The notes under the pieces were generated by a model that was given only the letters and a program-made list of their open reading frames with translations, was not told the origin of the DNA and ran no database searches. The translations under genes and the position numbers were made by a program. Below, piece by piece: positions 1-9,411 of a DNA stretch of 52,393 bases (positions within the stretch are counted from its first letter, which is position 1; each line of letters starts with the position of its first letter). The stretch is from Planctomycetota bacterium (GTDB taxonomy: Bacteria > Planctomycetota > Phycisphaerae > Phycisphaerales > UBA1924), in contig RFGK01000276.1 of NCBI GenBank assembly GCA_003697045.1, forward strand, positions 1 to 52,393, written 5' to 3'.

Positions 1-326
1 TCCCGTAGGAGTCCGGGCAGTGTCTCAGTCCCGATGCGGCGGGTCATGCTCTCACACCCGCTACCCGTCTTCGGCTTGGTGAGCCGTTACCTCACCAACA
101 ACCTGATAGGACGATCGCCGCTCCCAAGGTGGTAAACCTTTCCTCCGAAGAGCACATGGGGTATTACCTGCAGTTTCCCACAGCTATCCCCCGCCTCGGG
201 GTACGTTCGATCGCGTTACTCGCCCTTTCGCCACTGTCCCCCACCGAAGTGGGTTCTCGTTCGACTTGCATGTTTTAGCCATGCCGCCAGCGTTTAATCT
301 GAGCCAGGATCAAACTCTTCAATTGA
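1..326 (-). rRNA. rrs: 16S rRNA, 5' portion (partial; gene continues past the left window edge)
   Basis: Reverse complement of 299-318 is AGAGTTTGATCCTGGCTCAG (universal 5' primer site). Reverse complement of 1-35 reads ...GGGACTGAGACACTGCCCGGACTCCTACGGGA (conserved ~E. coli 315-348 region). The 5' end is placed ~7 nt upstream of the primer site by analogy with E. coli. Confidence 0.95.
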
Positions 327-759
327 TTTTCGACGATCCGACACGCTTGCACGCGCCGGCTCTTGTCAAATGAAGCTTTGGTCCGGCAACCTCGCCCGTT
401 CCCGCATCGCGGGGCGTAACGAGGCCGGTCCGACCGACGACTCAAAGCCGCCGATCACCCACGCTCACGCGTGGGGCAATTTTTCTGGTACTCACAATGA
501 TCTCCATTCGCCGACTCCAAAGAGCCAACAATGGACAATCCACACGAGAATGCCAGACACCGAAAGGCTGTGAAACCCTCGGTGGCCGATCCGACGCCGG
601 ATGCCCTGGCAGGGCGCGGTCGTGTGCCGCTTCCGACGCCGCACATTCTCGCGGCGGACCCAACTGTTCACTTGCCAAAGAGGTTCGACAAACTCGGCAT
701 CTCGCCTCGTTTGACCGTACACACCCCACACGGCTCGGCCGTGCTGAGTGGCGGGGGAT

Positions 760-787
760 AGTGTAGCGCGCATCCCCCGTCAGTCAA
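760..787 (-). promoter_or_regulatory. Candidate sigma70-type rrn promoter (TTGACT-16 nt-TACACT on minus strand)
   Basis: The minus strand reads TTGACT (787-782), a 16-nt spacer, then TACACT (765-760). It lies just downstream of the comF stop and ~430 nt upstream of the 16S 5' end. A second TTGACT sits at 809-804. Motif match only. Confidence 0.3.
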
Positions 788-801
788 TACGCCTTCGTTT
801 C

Positions 802-1683
802 TCAGTCAACATTTTCTGACACGATCGACACCGAATGCGCACGCCCACCCCCTTCTTCCCCCAAAAATGCCGTTTCCCGCCTCCCACGCGCGTTCGTCAC
901 CCCCGCCGTGGCCACCCACAACCTCTGCACATCTCCACCAGAAACCAGCGCACGCGACGCCGCTCGAAGAGTCGCCCCAGTCGTACGCACATCATCGAGC
1001 AAGATAACCACCCGCACCCCCTCAAGTGATCCCCGCCGACGACGACGAAACACCCCCGCCACGTTGCGCACCCGCTGACTCGAAGGCACTTCAAGCTGAC
1101 TCGCCCCCCCAACTCGGGTGAGAACTTGTCGCACATGCACTCTCGCTGCCCGGCCGCACGCCCGCGCCAAGATCAGCGTGTGATCCACACCCCGCCCGAG
1201 CCGCCGCTGCCAGTGCGTTGGCACAGGCACAATCGCCGCCTCGGTGCGCTCGATTTGCGCCCTGTCCAGCGCCTCACCCACACGCACGCCCAGCGCCCGG
1301 CCAAGTTCCTTTCCAGTCTGACGCCACCCGTGGAACTTCAGATCGAGCACCGCCTGACGAATCGGCCCCGTGTACGCACCAAGCCGGATCGCGCGCTCCC
1401 AGGGCAACCTCTTGGTCCGACATGCCGGGCATCCTTCGCCGTCCGATTCATAAGGCCCGACACTTCCGCCGCACCTCTGGCAGTACGCACCCGCCGCATC
1501 GGGAGCCCACCCCTCGATCCGCGCACAAGCACGAAAGGCCAGCCCGACCCGTCCCAGAAGCTGGGTCTCAAGAACATCCAGCATCCCCAGACGCGGCGCA
1601 GCAGCCGATTCAGACTCTTCCGGCTCACCCAGAACGCGCGGCGGCCAGACGAATCCACCAGACGAATCCTGCTCAACCAACAT
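802..1683 (-). CDS. ComF-family phosphoribosyltransferase-like protein
   Basis: Has an N-terminal Cys cluster (CQRCGGSV...CPACR) and a C-terminal PRTase motif (VILLDDVRTTGATL). The ATG at 1683 was chosen; the track start at 1698 is GTG. Either start overlaps the mcsB stop. Confidence 0.75.
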   Translation of the reverse strand: MLVEQDSSGGFVWPPRVLGEPEESESAAAPRLGMLDVLETQLLGRVGLAFRACARIEGWAPDAAGAYCQRCGGSVGPYESDGEGCPACRTKRLPWERAIRLGAYTGPIRQAVLDLKFHGWRQTGKELGRALGVRVGEALDRAQIERTEAAIVPVPTHWQRRLGRGVDHTLILARACGRAARVHVRQVLTRVGGASQLEVPSSQRVRNVAGVFRRRRRGSLEGVRVVILLDDVRTTGATLRAASRALVSGGDVQRLWVATAGVTNARGRRETAFLGEEGGGRAHSVSIVSENVD

Positions 1684-2776
1684 CCGCCAGCCGCTCACGT
1701 AAAATCCGCGCCCGCTCCGATCGCCGCTCCTGCTGAGTCAGCTCTCGACCGACGATCTGCTGCAAATGTGCCTGCTGGACAAAGAGCAACAACGCGTTGA
1801 TCGGCTTGATGTCCGCCGCGGGAATCAACTGGGTCAACACACCCAGCCGCACCAGGCTGAGCAGCTCCATCGCTTCGTCGGTGGATATCAACCGGGCGTG
1901 CCGAAGCGTTCCCAAAGCCCGGTACACCCGATCAAGCGTTGTCATCCGACGCTTTTCCACCAGCATGCGCCGTGCATGTCGCTCGTAGTCGATCACGCGC
2001 GGGATGATCTCGGCCTCCATCTCGTGCAGCAACACCTGCTCGGTCTTGCCCAGCGTCGTCTGGTTGGAAATCTGAAAGAGATCTCCCACAGCCTCCGACC
2101 CTTCCCCAAAAAACCCCCGCACCGCAAGTGACATGTCCTCCGCCGCACGACGCACCTTGTCGATATCCCCGAGCAGCTTGAGCCCCGGCAGGTGCATCAT
2201 CACACTGAACCGCGCCCCCGTACCCACGTTGGTCGGACACGCCGTCAGGTAGCCAAACCGCGGACTGAACGCATACTCGAGCTCCTCTTCAAGCATGTCG
2301 TCCGCCGCGTCGGCCGCAGCCAGAGCGTCAGCCAGACCAAGCCCCGAGCGCATGACCTGGATCCGCAGATGGTCTTCCTCGTTGACCATGATCGACAATC
2401 GTTCATCGGGAAGCGACACGGCCAGCCCGCGAGGCTCGTCCGGGCCTCCGATCCCACCAGCAAGCTTGCCCCGCGCATGCTGACGGCTCATCAGCTGACG
2501 CTCAACCAGCAACCGACGCTCAAACTCCTGTGCCGTATGAACGTCCACCCACCTCAACGGCCCCACACGCTCCACCGCACGCCGACACAGCGACAAAACT
2601 TGCGCCCGCTGGGTCCGGTCTGCCTGAGGCACGAATCGATGGGCTGCAAGATTGCGCGCAAGCCTCACCCGCGACGACATCACCACGTCGCTGCACCGTC
2701 CCTGCCCGCGAAGCCACTCCGTCGGCGTCGTATAGTCCGGACCCAGCCCACCCGAGTTGGAAACCGACCCGAACAT
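1673..2776 (-). CDS. mcsB: Protein arginine kinase McsB (ATP:guanido phosphotransferase)
   Basis: Strong by-eye match to B. subtilis McsB: SSRVRLARNL..RF, NEEDHLRIQ, YLTACPTNVGTGARFSVMMHLPGL, GEGSEAVGDLFQISNQTTLGK. ATG start with GGGGAGA upstream. Confidence 0.9.
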   Translation of the reverse strand: MFGSVSNSGGLGPDYTTPTEWLRGQGRCSDVVMSSRVRLARNLAAHRFVPQADRTQRAQVLSLCRRAVERVGPLRWVDVHTAQEFERRLLVERQLMSRQHARGKLAGGIGGPDEPRGLAVSLPDERLSIMVNEEDHLRIQVMRSGLGLADALAAADAADDMLEEELEYAFSPRFGYLTACPTNVGTGARFSVMMHLPGLKLLGDIDKVRRAAEDMSLAVRGFFGEGSEAVGDLFQISNQTTLGKTEQVLLHEMEAEIIPRVIDYERHARRMLVEKRRMTTLDRVYRALGTLRHARLISTDEAMELLSLVRLGVLTQLIPAADIKPINALLLFVQQAHLQQIVGRELTQQERRSERARILRERLADVG

Positions 2777-2780
2777 CGTC

Positions 2781-3320
2781 TCACGTCTCCCCGCCGTTCA
2801 GCTCGTCCAGCTTGCGAATCTCGTCGCGCAGCGACGCTGCCTGCTCATAATGCTCGGCCTGCACCGCCTCGTGCAACTGACGCTGCAATGCTTCGAGCCG
2901 AACACGCCGTTCCTCAGCGCTGCCGAGCAGACTCTCCAGTCGGCCCGGCCCGCCCTGACGGCTTCGCTCAAGCGCCCGACGCGGAATCTTGCCCACGTGA
3001 TGCGTCGCGCCCTCATGGGCGCGCTCGATCAAAGGCCCCAGCTTCTCCTCAAAGGCTGCATAACAATGCGCACAGCCCAGCAGTCCGGTCTGCTTGAACT
3101 TCGCATACGTCAAGCCGCACACACTGCACGAAAGCTGCGCCGGCTCGGCGGGGCTGATCGCCTTGACAAAGCTCGAGACCAACTCATGCAACGGAGCATG
3201 CACCTGCGCACCAAGCCCGGACTTGCCCGCACACTCTTCGCACAGGTGCTTTTCGATCGCCTTTCCGTTGATGATCACGGTCTCGTGGATCGTCGCTTCA
3301 CGCCCACACTCACAGAGCAT
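2781..3320 (-). CDS. mcsA: McsA-like activator of protein arginine kinase (zinc-finger repeats + UVR motif)
   Basis: Two CxxC...CxxC pairs (CECG..CEEC; CSVCG..CAHCY) and a C-terminal UVR-like EHYEQAASLRDEIRKL. Its stop lies 4 nt upstream of the mcsB ATG. Confidence 0.85.
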   Translation of the reverse strand: MLCECGREATIHETVIINGKAIEKHLCEECAGKSGLGAQVHAPLHELVSSFVKAISPAEPAQLSCSVCGLTYAKFKQTGLLGCAHCYAAFEEKLGPLIERAHEGATHHVGKIPRRALERSRQGGPGRLESLLGSAEERRVRLEALQRQLHEAVQAEHYEQAASLRDEIRKLDELNGGET

Positions 3321-3528
3321 CGCCCGTGCCCTCCGTCACCTGCGAAAGTCTAATAGCCCTCCCCGAAGAATCCCAGTCAAATCCACATCGGCTCAGGCTC
3401 GACCACTGGTCCGACGCCGGACGCCTGCGCCACCTCGAGCCAGTGCCCACACCGCGTGCCCGAATACAGACCGACCGCGCCATCACGCCCCGGCCTCTGT
3501 CTGGACTCCCTTCGGCTCAGACCCCTGC

Positions 3529-3562
3529 AAAAAGAAAAAAAGGGCAGTCTGTTCGACCGCCC
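3529..3562 (-). terminator. Rho-independent terminator after rpmB
   Basis: Minus strand: GGGCGGTC-GAACA-GACTGCCC (8-bp stem with one G.U) followed by TTTTTTTCTTTTT. It sits 30 nt after the rpmB stop. Confidence 0.8.
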
Positions 3563-3591
3563 CCGTCGCTGCTGCCAGACAGGTCCGTCCC

Positions 3592-3879
3592 CTATCCCTG
3601 CTGCTTCTGCAGGCGGGTGTATCCATACTTGCGACGCAGAGGCTTGACCACCAGCCCCGAACGAATCGCCTTGGTCGAAACCTTGATTCGCTTCACGCGC
3701 TTCACCCCGTCCTCACCGACGACCTCCGCACGCACCTTCTGAAGGTTCGGCTTGAATGTCCGAGGCTCGATGCCCGTCGGCTTGAGACCAAAACCACCCT
3801 TGCTCAGCTTCTGCCCGCGGTACGTCCGCAGCTTGCCAAAGCCCGTCTTCTTTCCAGTAAAATAACACACGTTCGGCAT
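3592..3879 (-). CDS. rpmB: 50S ribosomal protein L28
   Basis: MPNVCYFTGKKTGFG...R.FKPNLQKVR is the typical L28 N-terminus. The internal ATG at 3879 is preceded by GGGAGG. Confidence 0.9.
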   Translation of the reverse strand: MPNVCYFTGKKTGFGKLRTYRGQKLSKGGFGLKPTGIEPRTFKPNLQKVRAEVVGEDGVKRVKRIKVSTKAIRSGLVVKPLRRKYGYTRLQKQQG

Positions 3880-3905
3880 AGTTCGGCCTCCCAAGCGTGG
3901 CTCCA

Positions 3906-3933
3906 AGTTTAGCCCGCTCCTGCCCCCGGGCAA
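3906..3933 (-). promoter_or_regulatory. Candidate rpmB promoter (TTGCCC-16 nt-TAAACT)
   Basis: Minus strand: TTGCCC (3933-3928), 16-nt spacer, TAAACT (3911-3906), ~27 nt upstream of the rpmB ATG. Motif match only. Confidence 0.3.
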
Positions 3934-3936
3934 CCC

Positions 3937-5094
3937 CTACCGCGAGAGTTGCTCACGCATGATCATCACCTCCAGCGTCTGCGCGACGATCTCCAACTCC
4001 CGTGCCGAAAGCGATCCATAAAACGGCAACGCAATCGTCCGCTGACTCACCGACTCGGCGATCGGGAACATCCCGTGCCGATACCCATACATGTTCCGAT
4101 AAAACGGCTGCAGGTGAATGCACGGGAAGTATGGTGCCGCCCCCACCTCGTGACGCCGAAGACTCTCGATGATCCGATCCCGCTCCACATCGGTAAAGCC
4201 GGTGCTCAAGCGAACGACAAATACAAACCAGCTCGGGACCACGTCGGGCTCGATCGTCGGCAGGATCAGATCGCGGACGCCCATCAGCCGTTGCATGTAT
4301 TGATTGGCAACGTCACGCCGACGAGCAAGGATCGACTCGAGCCGCTGCATCTGCCCGACTCCCAACGCTGCGGACAGTTCATCGAGCCGAAAGTTGTATC
4401 CGAGGCGTTCGTGCTCAAGCCATGATCCACCCGTCCCGCCGACCTGCCCGACCGGGCGCCCCTGGTTGCGCAGCGAGCGACACACCTCCGCCAGGCGCTC
4501 ATCATCCGTGACGATCATCCCCCCTTCTCCGGTGGTGATCTGCTTATTGGGGTAGAACCCGAACACGCCGACTCTCCCGAACGAGCCGGCCGGTCGCCCC
4601 GCAAGCGTGGCGCCCAGCGCCTCGCAGCAATCCTCGATCATGATCAGTTCGTGCCGCGCCGCAATCCGGGCATAGGTATCCATGTGCGCCGGGTTCCCGA
4701 AAGTTTCCACCGCCAGGATTGCCTTGGTGCGGGGCGTGATCGCAGCCTCGATCGCCTGAGGATCCATGTTCAGCGACCGCGGCTCGATGTCCACAAAAAC
4801 CGGCCTGGCGCCCACATACGCAATGCAGTTCGACGAAGCAATAAACGAAAACGGCGTCGTGATCACCTCATCGCCCGGTCCAATCCCAAGCGCCAGCAGC
4901 GCCAGGTGCAGCCCCGACGTGCCGCTGTTGACCGCCACCCCGTGCGCTCGCCCGCTCGCCTGTGCCACCAGCGACTCAAACCGCTCGACCATCGGGCCGA
5001 TGGAAAGCCTCTCCGAGCGAATCACTTCGAGCACAAGGCGTTCTTCCAGATCGGACAGGTCCGGCCTGCTCAGCGGGATCATTCCATCAGCCAT
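3937..5094 (-). CDS. DegT/DnrJ/EryC1/StrS-family PLP-dependent sugar aminotransferase
   Basis: The MIPLSRPDL N-terminus, GxGDEVITTPFSF, and overall length and pattern are typical of this family. The track start at 5103 is GTG; ATGs lie at 5094 and 5082. Confidence 0.85.
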   Translation of the reverse strand: MADGMIPLSRPDLSDLEERLVLEVIRSERLSIGPMVERFESLVAQASGRAHGVAVNSGTSGLHLALLALGIGPGDEVITTPFSFIASSNCIAYVGARPVFVDIEPRSLNMDPQAIEAAITPRTKAILAVETFGNPAHMDTYARIAARHELIMIEDCCEALGATLAGRPAGSFGRVGVFGFYPNKQITTGEGGMIVTDDERLAEVCRSLRNQGRPVGQVGGTGGSWLEHERLGYNFRLDELSAALGVGQMQRLESILARRRDVANQYMQRLMGVRDLILPTIEPDVVPSWFVFVVRLSTGFTDVERDRIIESLRRHEVGAAPYFPCIHLQPFYRNMYGYRHGMFPIAESVSQRTIALPFYGSLSARELEIVAQTLEVMIMREQLSR

Positions 5095-5148
5095 CGCGCA
5101 CACTCCCGCAGCCCCGCTGCAGCACCCCCCGATCCTGCAAAAGCTCGA

Positions 5149-6702
5149 TCATGAGCCCCGTCCGGATACGTGCGAACGCCGACGAACTTCATCGGCCAGC
5201 CGATCAGCAAGAGCGGACAATGTCAGCCCATCATGGCGCGACCCCACCTGCACGGTCTTGCCCTCGGCCATCTGCTTGGAGATGCGCGTATATGCGCTGA
5301 CCACGCTCGAATGGCTTGGACGGGCCATCGCCTGGGCAATCTCGGGGTAGCTCCTGGTCGTCAGCTCCCTCGCCAGGTAATACGCCATTGAGCGAGCAAG
5401 GACAACGCGCCGATGCCGACCCGGACCCAACACCTCATTGAGCTGCACTTCCAGCTCATCGCACACGACGCTGAGGATGGTCTCAATCTGAACCGGGCGC
5501 CTGCTTCCCTTCGGCATCGACGAAACCCCCTGCTTTCGCATGTCCAGGGCATGCTGAACGATGATCGAGCCGATGCTCCCGTCGGCCGCCGAAAGCTCAG
5601 GCAGGAGCTTCCACACCGCCTCGACCTGCATGAGCACCCCTTCCACATCACGGACCGACGCAAACGCCCCTTCCGGCACACAGTGCTCGGCAATCAAACG
5701 ACACGCGCCATGCGCAAGGGGAAGCTGACGACGCCGTGCCAACCGATCGATGATCCGTGCGCGTAACTCCACATCGGGAGGATCAAGCCGCACCACCGCC
5801 CCCGAAACCAGGCGCGACACCAGCGCCTCGTTGAACTTGCGGATGTCCCTGGGGTGCGAATCCGACGCCAGCATGATTCGTGCCCGGCCCATCCCGATCG
5901 CATCCAGCGTGTGCAGCAGCTCGTTCTGGGTGGCTTCTTTCCCCGCGACAAAGTGCACGTCGTCGATGCACAAAAGATCGACATTGCGATACATCTTCCG
6001 AAACGCGTTCATCGACCCACCCTGGACGGCGGAGACAAACTCGTTCGTAAACACCTCGGCCGTCAAATACAGCACCCGCCCGCGAGGATTCAATTGGCGG
6101 TACCGATTCGCCGCCCCCTGGAGCAGGTGGGTCTTTCCCAGCCCGCACGCACCATGCACAAAAAGAGGGGTGCACGCTGCGCCGTCTTCCCCCTCGGCCA
6201 GGCGCTGTGCTGCCGCAAACGCGATGCGGTTGGCATCTCCGACCACGAAGTCCTCGAGCCGTTGGACAGGTTCCATACCCCGGCCGCTCGGCCTTGCCCG
6301 GCGCGGCACGCGCGAGCGCGCCGATCTGGAAGGCCCGACATTCGGCGCAGGCGCCGTTGTCGGCTCGTCAAACGCCTTTCCATCGACGCGGAACCTCAGC
6401 TCGAGCTCGCACCCGGCCGCTGCCGATTCCTCACGCAGCACCCGGCGCAAGTCACAACCAAACCGCCGTTCAAGCAAATCTCGCATGAACCCGTTGGCAA
6501 CAGTCACATCCAGCGTGCGCCCGTTGACCAGCAGCCGGGCGCGATTCCCGAAGAATCGATCGAATCTTTCCTCCCCGACCTCGCGGCTGAAAAGCCCGCG
6601 AAGCCGGTCAAGAAGCTGGGCATGGTCGTCTGAACGCAAAGATCCCTGCGCGTGGCGCGCCGTGCTGGTTGATGATGCTGATGAGGATGACCGGGATTCC
6701 AC
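5149..6702 (-). CDS. dnaA: Chromosomal replication initiator protein DnaA
   Basis: AAA+ Walker A GACGLGKTHLL, Walker B LLCIDDVHF, and C-terminal DNA-binding helix (RVVLARSMAYYLARELT..SYPEIA..HSSV). GTG at 6702 is preferred because AAGGAG lies 6 nt upstream. The longest ORF would start at GTG 6765. Confidence 0.92.
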   Translation of the reverse strand: MESRSSSSASSTSTARHAQGSLRSDDHAQLLDRLRGLFSREVGEERFDRFFGNRARLLVNGRTLDVTVANGFMRDLLERRFGCDLRRVLREESAAAGCELELRFRVDGKAFDEPTTAPAPNVGPSRSARSRVPRRARPSGRGMEPVQRLEDFVVGDANRIAFAAAQRLAEGEDGAACTPLFVHGACGLGKTHLLQGAANRYRQLNPRGRVLYLTAEVFTNEFVSAVQGGSMNAFRKMYRNVDLLCIDDVHFVAGKEATQNELLHTLDAIGMGRARIMLASDSHPRDIRKFNEALVSRLVSGAVVRLDPPDVELRARIIDRLARRRQLPLAHGACRLIAEHCVPEGAFASVRDVEGVLMQVEAVWKLLPELSAADGSIGSIIVQHALDMRKQGVSSMPKGSRRPVQIETILSVVCDELEVQLNEVLGPGRHRRVVLARSMAYYLARELTTRSYPEIAQAMARPSHSSVVSAYTRISKQMAEGKTVQVGSRHDGLTLSALADRLADEVRRRSHVSGRGS

Positions 6703-7091
6703 CCTGTTCTCCTTTCCGAGGAAAAGGAAGCGTGCACCGCAAAGCGCGGGACGGGTGTCACGCACGCCCGGACTGACCGAGCGCGCTCTGCGATCCGAGG
6801 CGTCATCCGTGCCACAACGGTCGCATGCGCCGGGACCAACTCCCGGCTGACAACTCTCACCTCATGATCCAAAAGGCGTGGGCGCATGGATAGCACCGTG
6901 GGCCAAAGCCCTCTCTCTAAACCCCTTGATTCATGCAACTTGCTGATCTTCCCGCCGGCCCAAACTCCCTGGCCAACCGACTGACAGAGTAGGGCGCCCG
7001 CCTTGATGATGCAACGTCGAAAGCGCTCGAATTCTCCTTCACACAGGCTCTGGACTCGGAAATCCAAGCACTTGCGTGCGCAAAAAACTTG

Positions 7092-7100
7092 TTATCCACG
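7092..7100 (+). promoter_or_regulatory. DnaA-box-like 9-mer TTATCCACG (8/9 to TTATCCACA)
   Basis: Read directly in the 473-nt gap upstream of dnaA. Weaker look-alikes are TGTGAACAA (~7126, 7/9) and TGATCCAAA (~6865, 7/9). Confidence 0.4.
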
Positions 7101-7175
7101 ACCGGTCCCGACCGCTCCGCGACAATGTGAACAACGGGCGGGAAAGTCGCGCCACCGTGCGCCCCAAAGCGCAAC

Positions 7176-8153
7176 TCACACGCCCCGCGCACGCCCCGGC
7201 GCAGCACGCACCAGCGCACGCCGCCGGTCGATCGAGCGAAACCCCAGCCCGCGATACAAGCGAATCGCTCGCTGATTTCGCATGTCTACAGCACAGGTCA
7301 TCTCCATGGCGCCACGCTCCATCGACGATGCAATCGCGCGCGCCATGAGCACTTTGCCCAATCCGCGCCCACGCAACTTCGGCGAGAAGCCCAGATACAC
7401 CAGCTCCACCGACGCCTGATCGGGAAACGGACTGAGCAGCAACGCCCCTTCCGGCTCATCGTTGAGGAAGACAACCCACCACAACGCCGGATCGTGCACA
7501 CCCGTTGCTCGATGCGAATCGATCACGTCTTCGATGTCGCGCAACCCGCACAGCTCCGGACAGTCCAGCGTTTCAATGTAGCTTCGCTCCAGCGCGCGCG
7601 CAAGAGTTTGCCGACACGCACGATCGCGCATATCCCCCGCCAAACGCACTTGCACATGCTCGGGCAGCTCCCCCGCAACGGGTGCCTGTGCGGGAATCGT
7701 CAGCTTTTGATAAGACAGTTCGGCAATCTGTCGCATGCCCGCTTCCACGCACGCCCGCTCGGCCCACGGCTCAGTCGGTGCAACCAGCGCCTGAAGCAGG
7801 CGGATCGACCCGGCCTGCTCGGAATCCACAGCCTCGAACGCCGCCTGCAGCGACCAAACCCGATGCTGGTGCTGGGTCTGCTCATCGAACGCCAGTTCTG
7901 AGTCGTCCGGTCCGGACAGATAGACCATCGCCGTTCGCCCGGGCGTCGGCACGATCAGGCACGCCTGCGTCACACGCGGAACGTTCCGCGAGCGATCGAC
8001 ACACCCCCAAATGAGCGACAGGTCGATCCCGTGTACCGGCGCCGATTCGATGAGTTGCCGGGCAGCTGCACGACGTGACCGCGCCGGAACACTGACCAGC
8101 CGCTCGGCTGCCGACTCAATCAACACCGCCGGGATGCGCTCGGCCGTGCTCAT
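7176..8153 (-). CDS. GNAT-family N-acetyltransferase with uncharacterised N-terminal domain
   Basis: The C-terminal half has the acetyl-CoA motif (LVYLGFSPKLRGRGLGKVLM...AIRLYRGLGF). ATG start. Confidence 0.7.
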   Translation of the reverse strand: MSTAERIPAVLIESAAERLVSVPARSRRAAARQLIESAPVHGIDLSLIWGCVDRSRNVPRVTQACLIVPTPGRTAMVYLSGPDDSELAFDEQTQHQHRVWSLQAAFEAVDSEQAGSIRLLQALVAPTEPWAERACVEAGMRQIAELSYQKLTIPAQAPVAGELPEHVQVRLAGDMRDRACRQTLARALERSYIETLDCPELCGLRDIEDVIDSHRATGVHDPALWWVVFLNDEPEGALLLSPFPDQASVELVYLGFSPKLRGRGLGKVLMARAIASSMERGAMEMTCAVDMRNQRAIRLYRGLGFRSIDRRRALVRAAPGRARGV

Positions 8154-8204
8154 CGGGCTCTCCGAGCCGAATCAAATCCGTTGGGCATGCCCCTGCGAAG
8201 AGGA

Positions 8205-8232
8205 TTGACGCGTCGAACCATATCACTAGACT
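8205..8232 (+). promoter_or_regulatory. Candidate sigma70-type promoter (TTGACG-16 nt-TAGACT)
   Basis: TTGACG at 8205-8210 and TAGACT at 8227-8232, ~75 nt upstream of the 8308 ATG. A GCCCGGC/GCCGGGC hairpin (8237-8254) lies in the putative 5' UTR. Confidence 0.35.
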
Positions 8233-8307
8233 ATCTGCCCGGCCCGAGCCGGGCACACACTGGCAGCACCACGACGCACCTGAACGCACAGAATCGGCTT
8301 CAAGGCC

Positions 8308-8970
8308 ATGACCGGGAGCGGTTGGATGAGAAACCACTATCGCATGATTCGAGGCACCCTCGCGGCACTGGCTGTGGGAATCTTCGCACTGCCCGCACTT
8401 GTCCTCGGCGGCTGGGCCCCGGAACCCGATCCCGTGCCCACGCGCTGGGAGCTTGATTTCGAGCCCGGCCCCCTGCGTCTTGCCCGGATCGATCGGGGAG
8501 CTGCCGGACCTCGCTACTTCTTCTACATGACCTATCGGGTGACCAACTTCTCGGGCAGCGACCTGATCTTTGCCCCGTCGTTTGACATCGTGACCGAGGA
8601 AGGGGCGATTCGTCGTTCCGGCCGCGACGTGCCCCCCGAGGTGACACGCACTCTGCTCAGCGAGCTACGCAATCCCTATCTGGAGGATCAAATCTCGATT
8701 CTGGGCAATATCCTCCAGGGGATCGAAAACGCCAAGGACGGGCTTGTGATCTGGCCGGCCGACTCGCTCGAGACCGACTCGTTGACAGTTTTCGTATCGG
8801 GCCTGTCCGGCGAGAACAAGCCGTATGTCGTCGTCGATGCCAAGACTGGGCGAAACAAGCGCGTCATGCTTCGCAAGACGCTCATGCTGCGTTATGAGAC
8901 CCCCGGCACGCTGGCCGGACGTGGTTCGACACCCATCGAACTGGTCGAGAAGCGCTGGGTCATGAGGTAG
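8308..8970 (+). CDS. Hypothetical secreted/periplasmic protein (signal peptide)
   Basis: N-terminal hydrophobic stretch [18 protein letters not shown]. The composition is protein-like. No family recognised. Alternative ATGs at 8326 and 8344. Confidence 0.6.
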   Translation: MTGSGWMRNHYRMIRGTLAALAVGIFALPALVLGGWAPEPDPVPTRWELDFEPGPLRLARIDRGAAGPRYFFYMTYRVTNFSGSDLIFAPSFDIVTEEGAIRRSGRDVPPEVTRTLLSELRNPYLEDQISILGNILQGIENAKDGLVIWPADSLETDSLTVFVSGLSGENKPYVVVDAKTGRNKRVMLRKTLMLRYETPGTLAGRGSTPIELVEKRWVMR

Positions 8971-9037
8971 CACTGGACGCGGGCTCGTCAGCGGTCCTAC
9001 CCTTCGGGCCGCACCGATTTACCCGAGGCAGACAGAT

Positions 9038-9334
9038 ATGGCACACAAAAAGGGCCAAGGCTCAACCCGAAACGTCCGCGACTCCAACCCGCAGTACCGC
9101 GGGGTCAAGCTCTACGGCGGGCAGATCGCTCGCCCCGGCGCGATCATCATCCGCCAGGTCGGAACGCCGTTCCAACCCGGCTTCAACGTCCGTCGCGGGA
9201 AGGATGACACGCTGTTTTCCGTAGCCGAGGGCAGAGTGGTGTTCATCGGCCGCAAGGTCCACGTCGACCCGCTCGATGAAAACGCCCCGCGCCCGCAGGC
9301 GCTGCGCGACTACCGCGCCAAACAGGCCGGTTGA
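9038..9334 (+). CDS. rpmA: 50S ribosomal protein L27
   Basis: [16 protein letters not shown]...GVK.YGGQ...G.IIIRQ.GT.F.PG.NV..GKDDTLF is the canonical L27 pattern. Confidence 0.95.
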   Translation: MAHKKGQGSTRNVRDSNPQYRGVKLYGGQIARPGAIIIRQVGTPFQPGFNVRRGKDDTLFSVAEGRVVFIGRKVHVDPLDENAPRPQALRDYRAKQAG

Positions 9335-9387
9335 CTGCCCTCGATCGGCACGAACGCGGCGGCCGGCGTCCGCACACAGTGATCCAG

Positions 9388-9411
9388 GCCCGGGTCTGAC
9401 CCGGGCTTTTT
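9388..9411 (+). terminator. Rho-independent terminator after rpmA
   Basis: GCCCGGG-TCTGA-CCCGGGC followed by TTTTT, 54 nt after the rpmA stop. It abuts the stop of the convergent gene at 9411. Confidence 0.8.

Noticed and set aside
370-773. Cluster of 60-95-aa ORFs on both strands between comF and the 16S gene.
   Set aside because: They lie in the rRNA leader/promoter region, overlap each other in all frames, and have non-protein-like composition and no SD.
6504-7275. ORFs of 187, 100 and 90 aa in the dnaA upstream gap.
   Set aside because: They overlap the dnaA 5' end or each other, have Arg/Ala/Ser-rich composition and carry no translation signals. The region is better explained as origin/promoter DNA.
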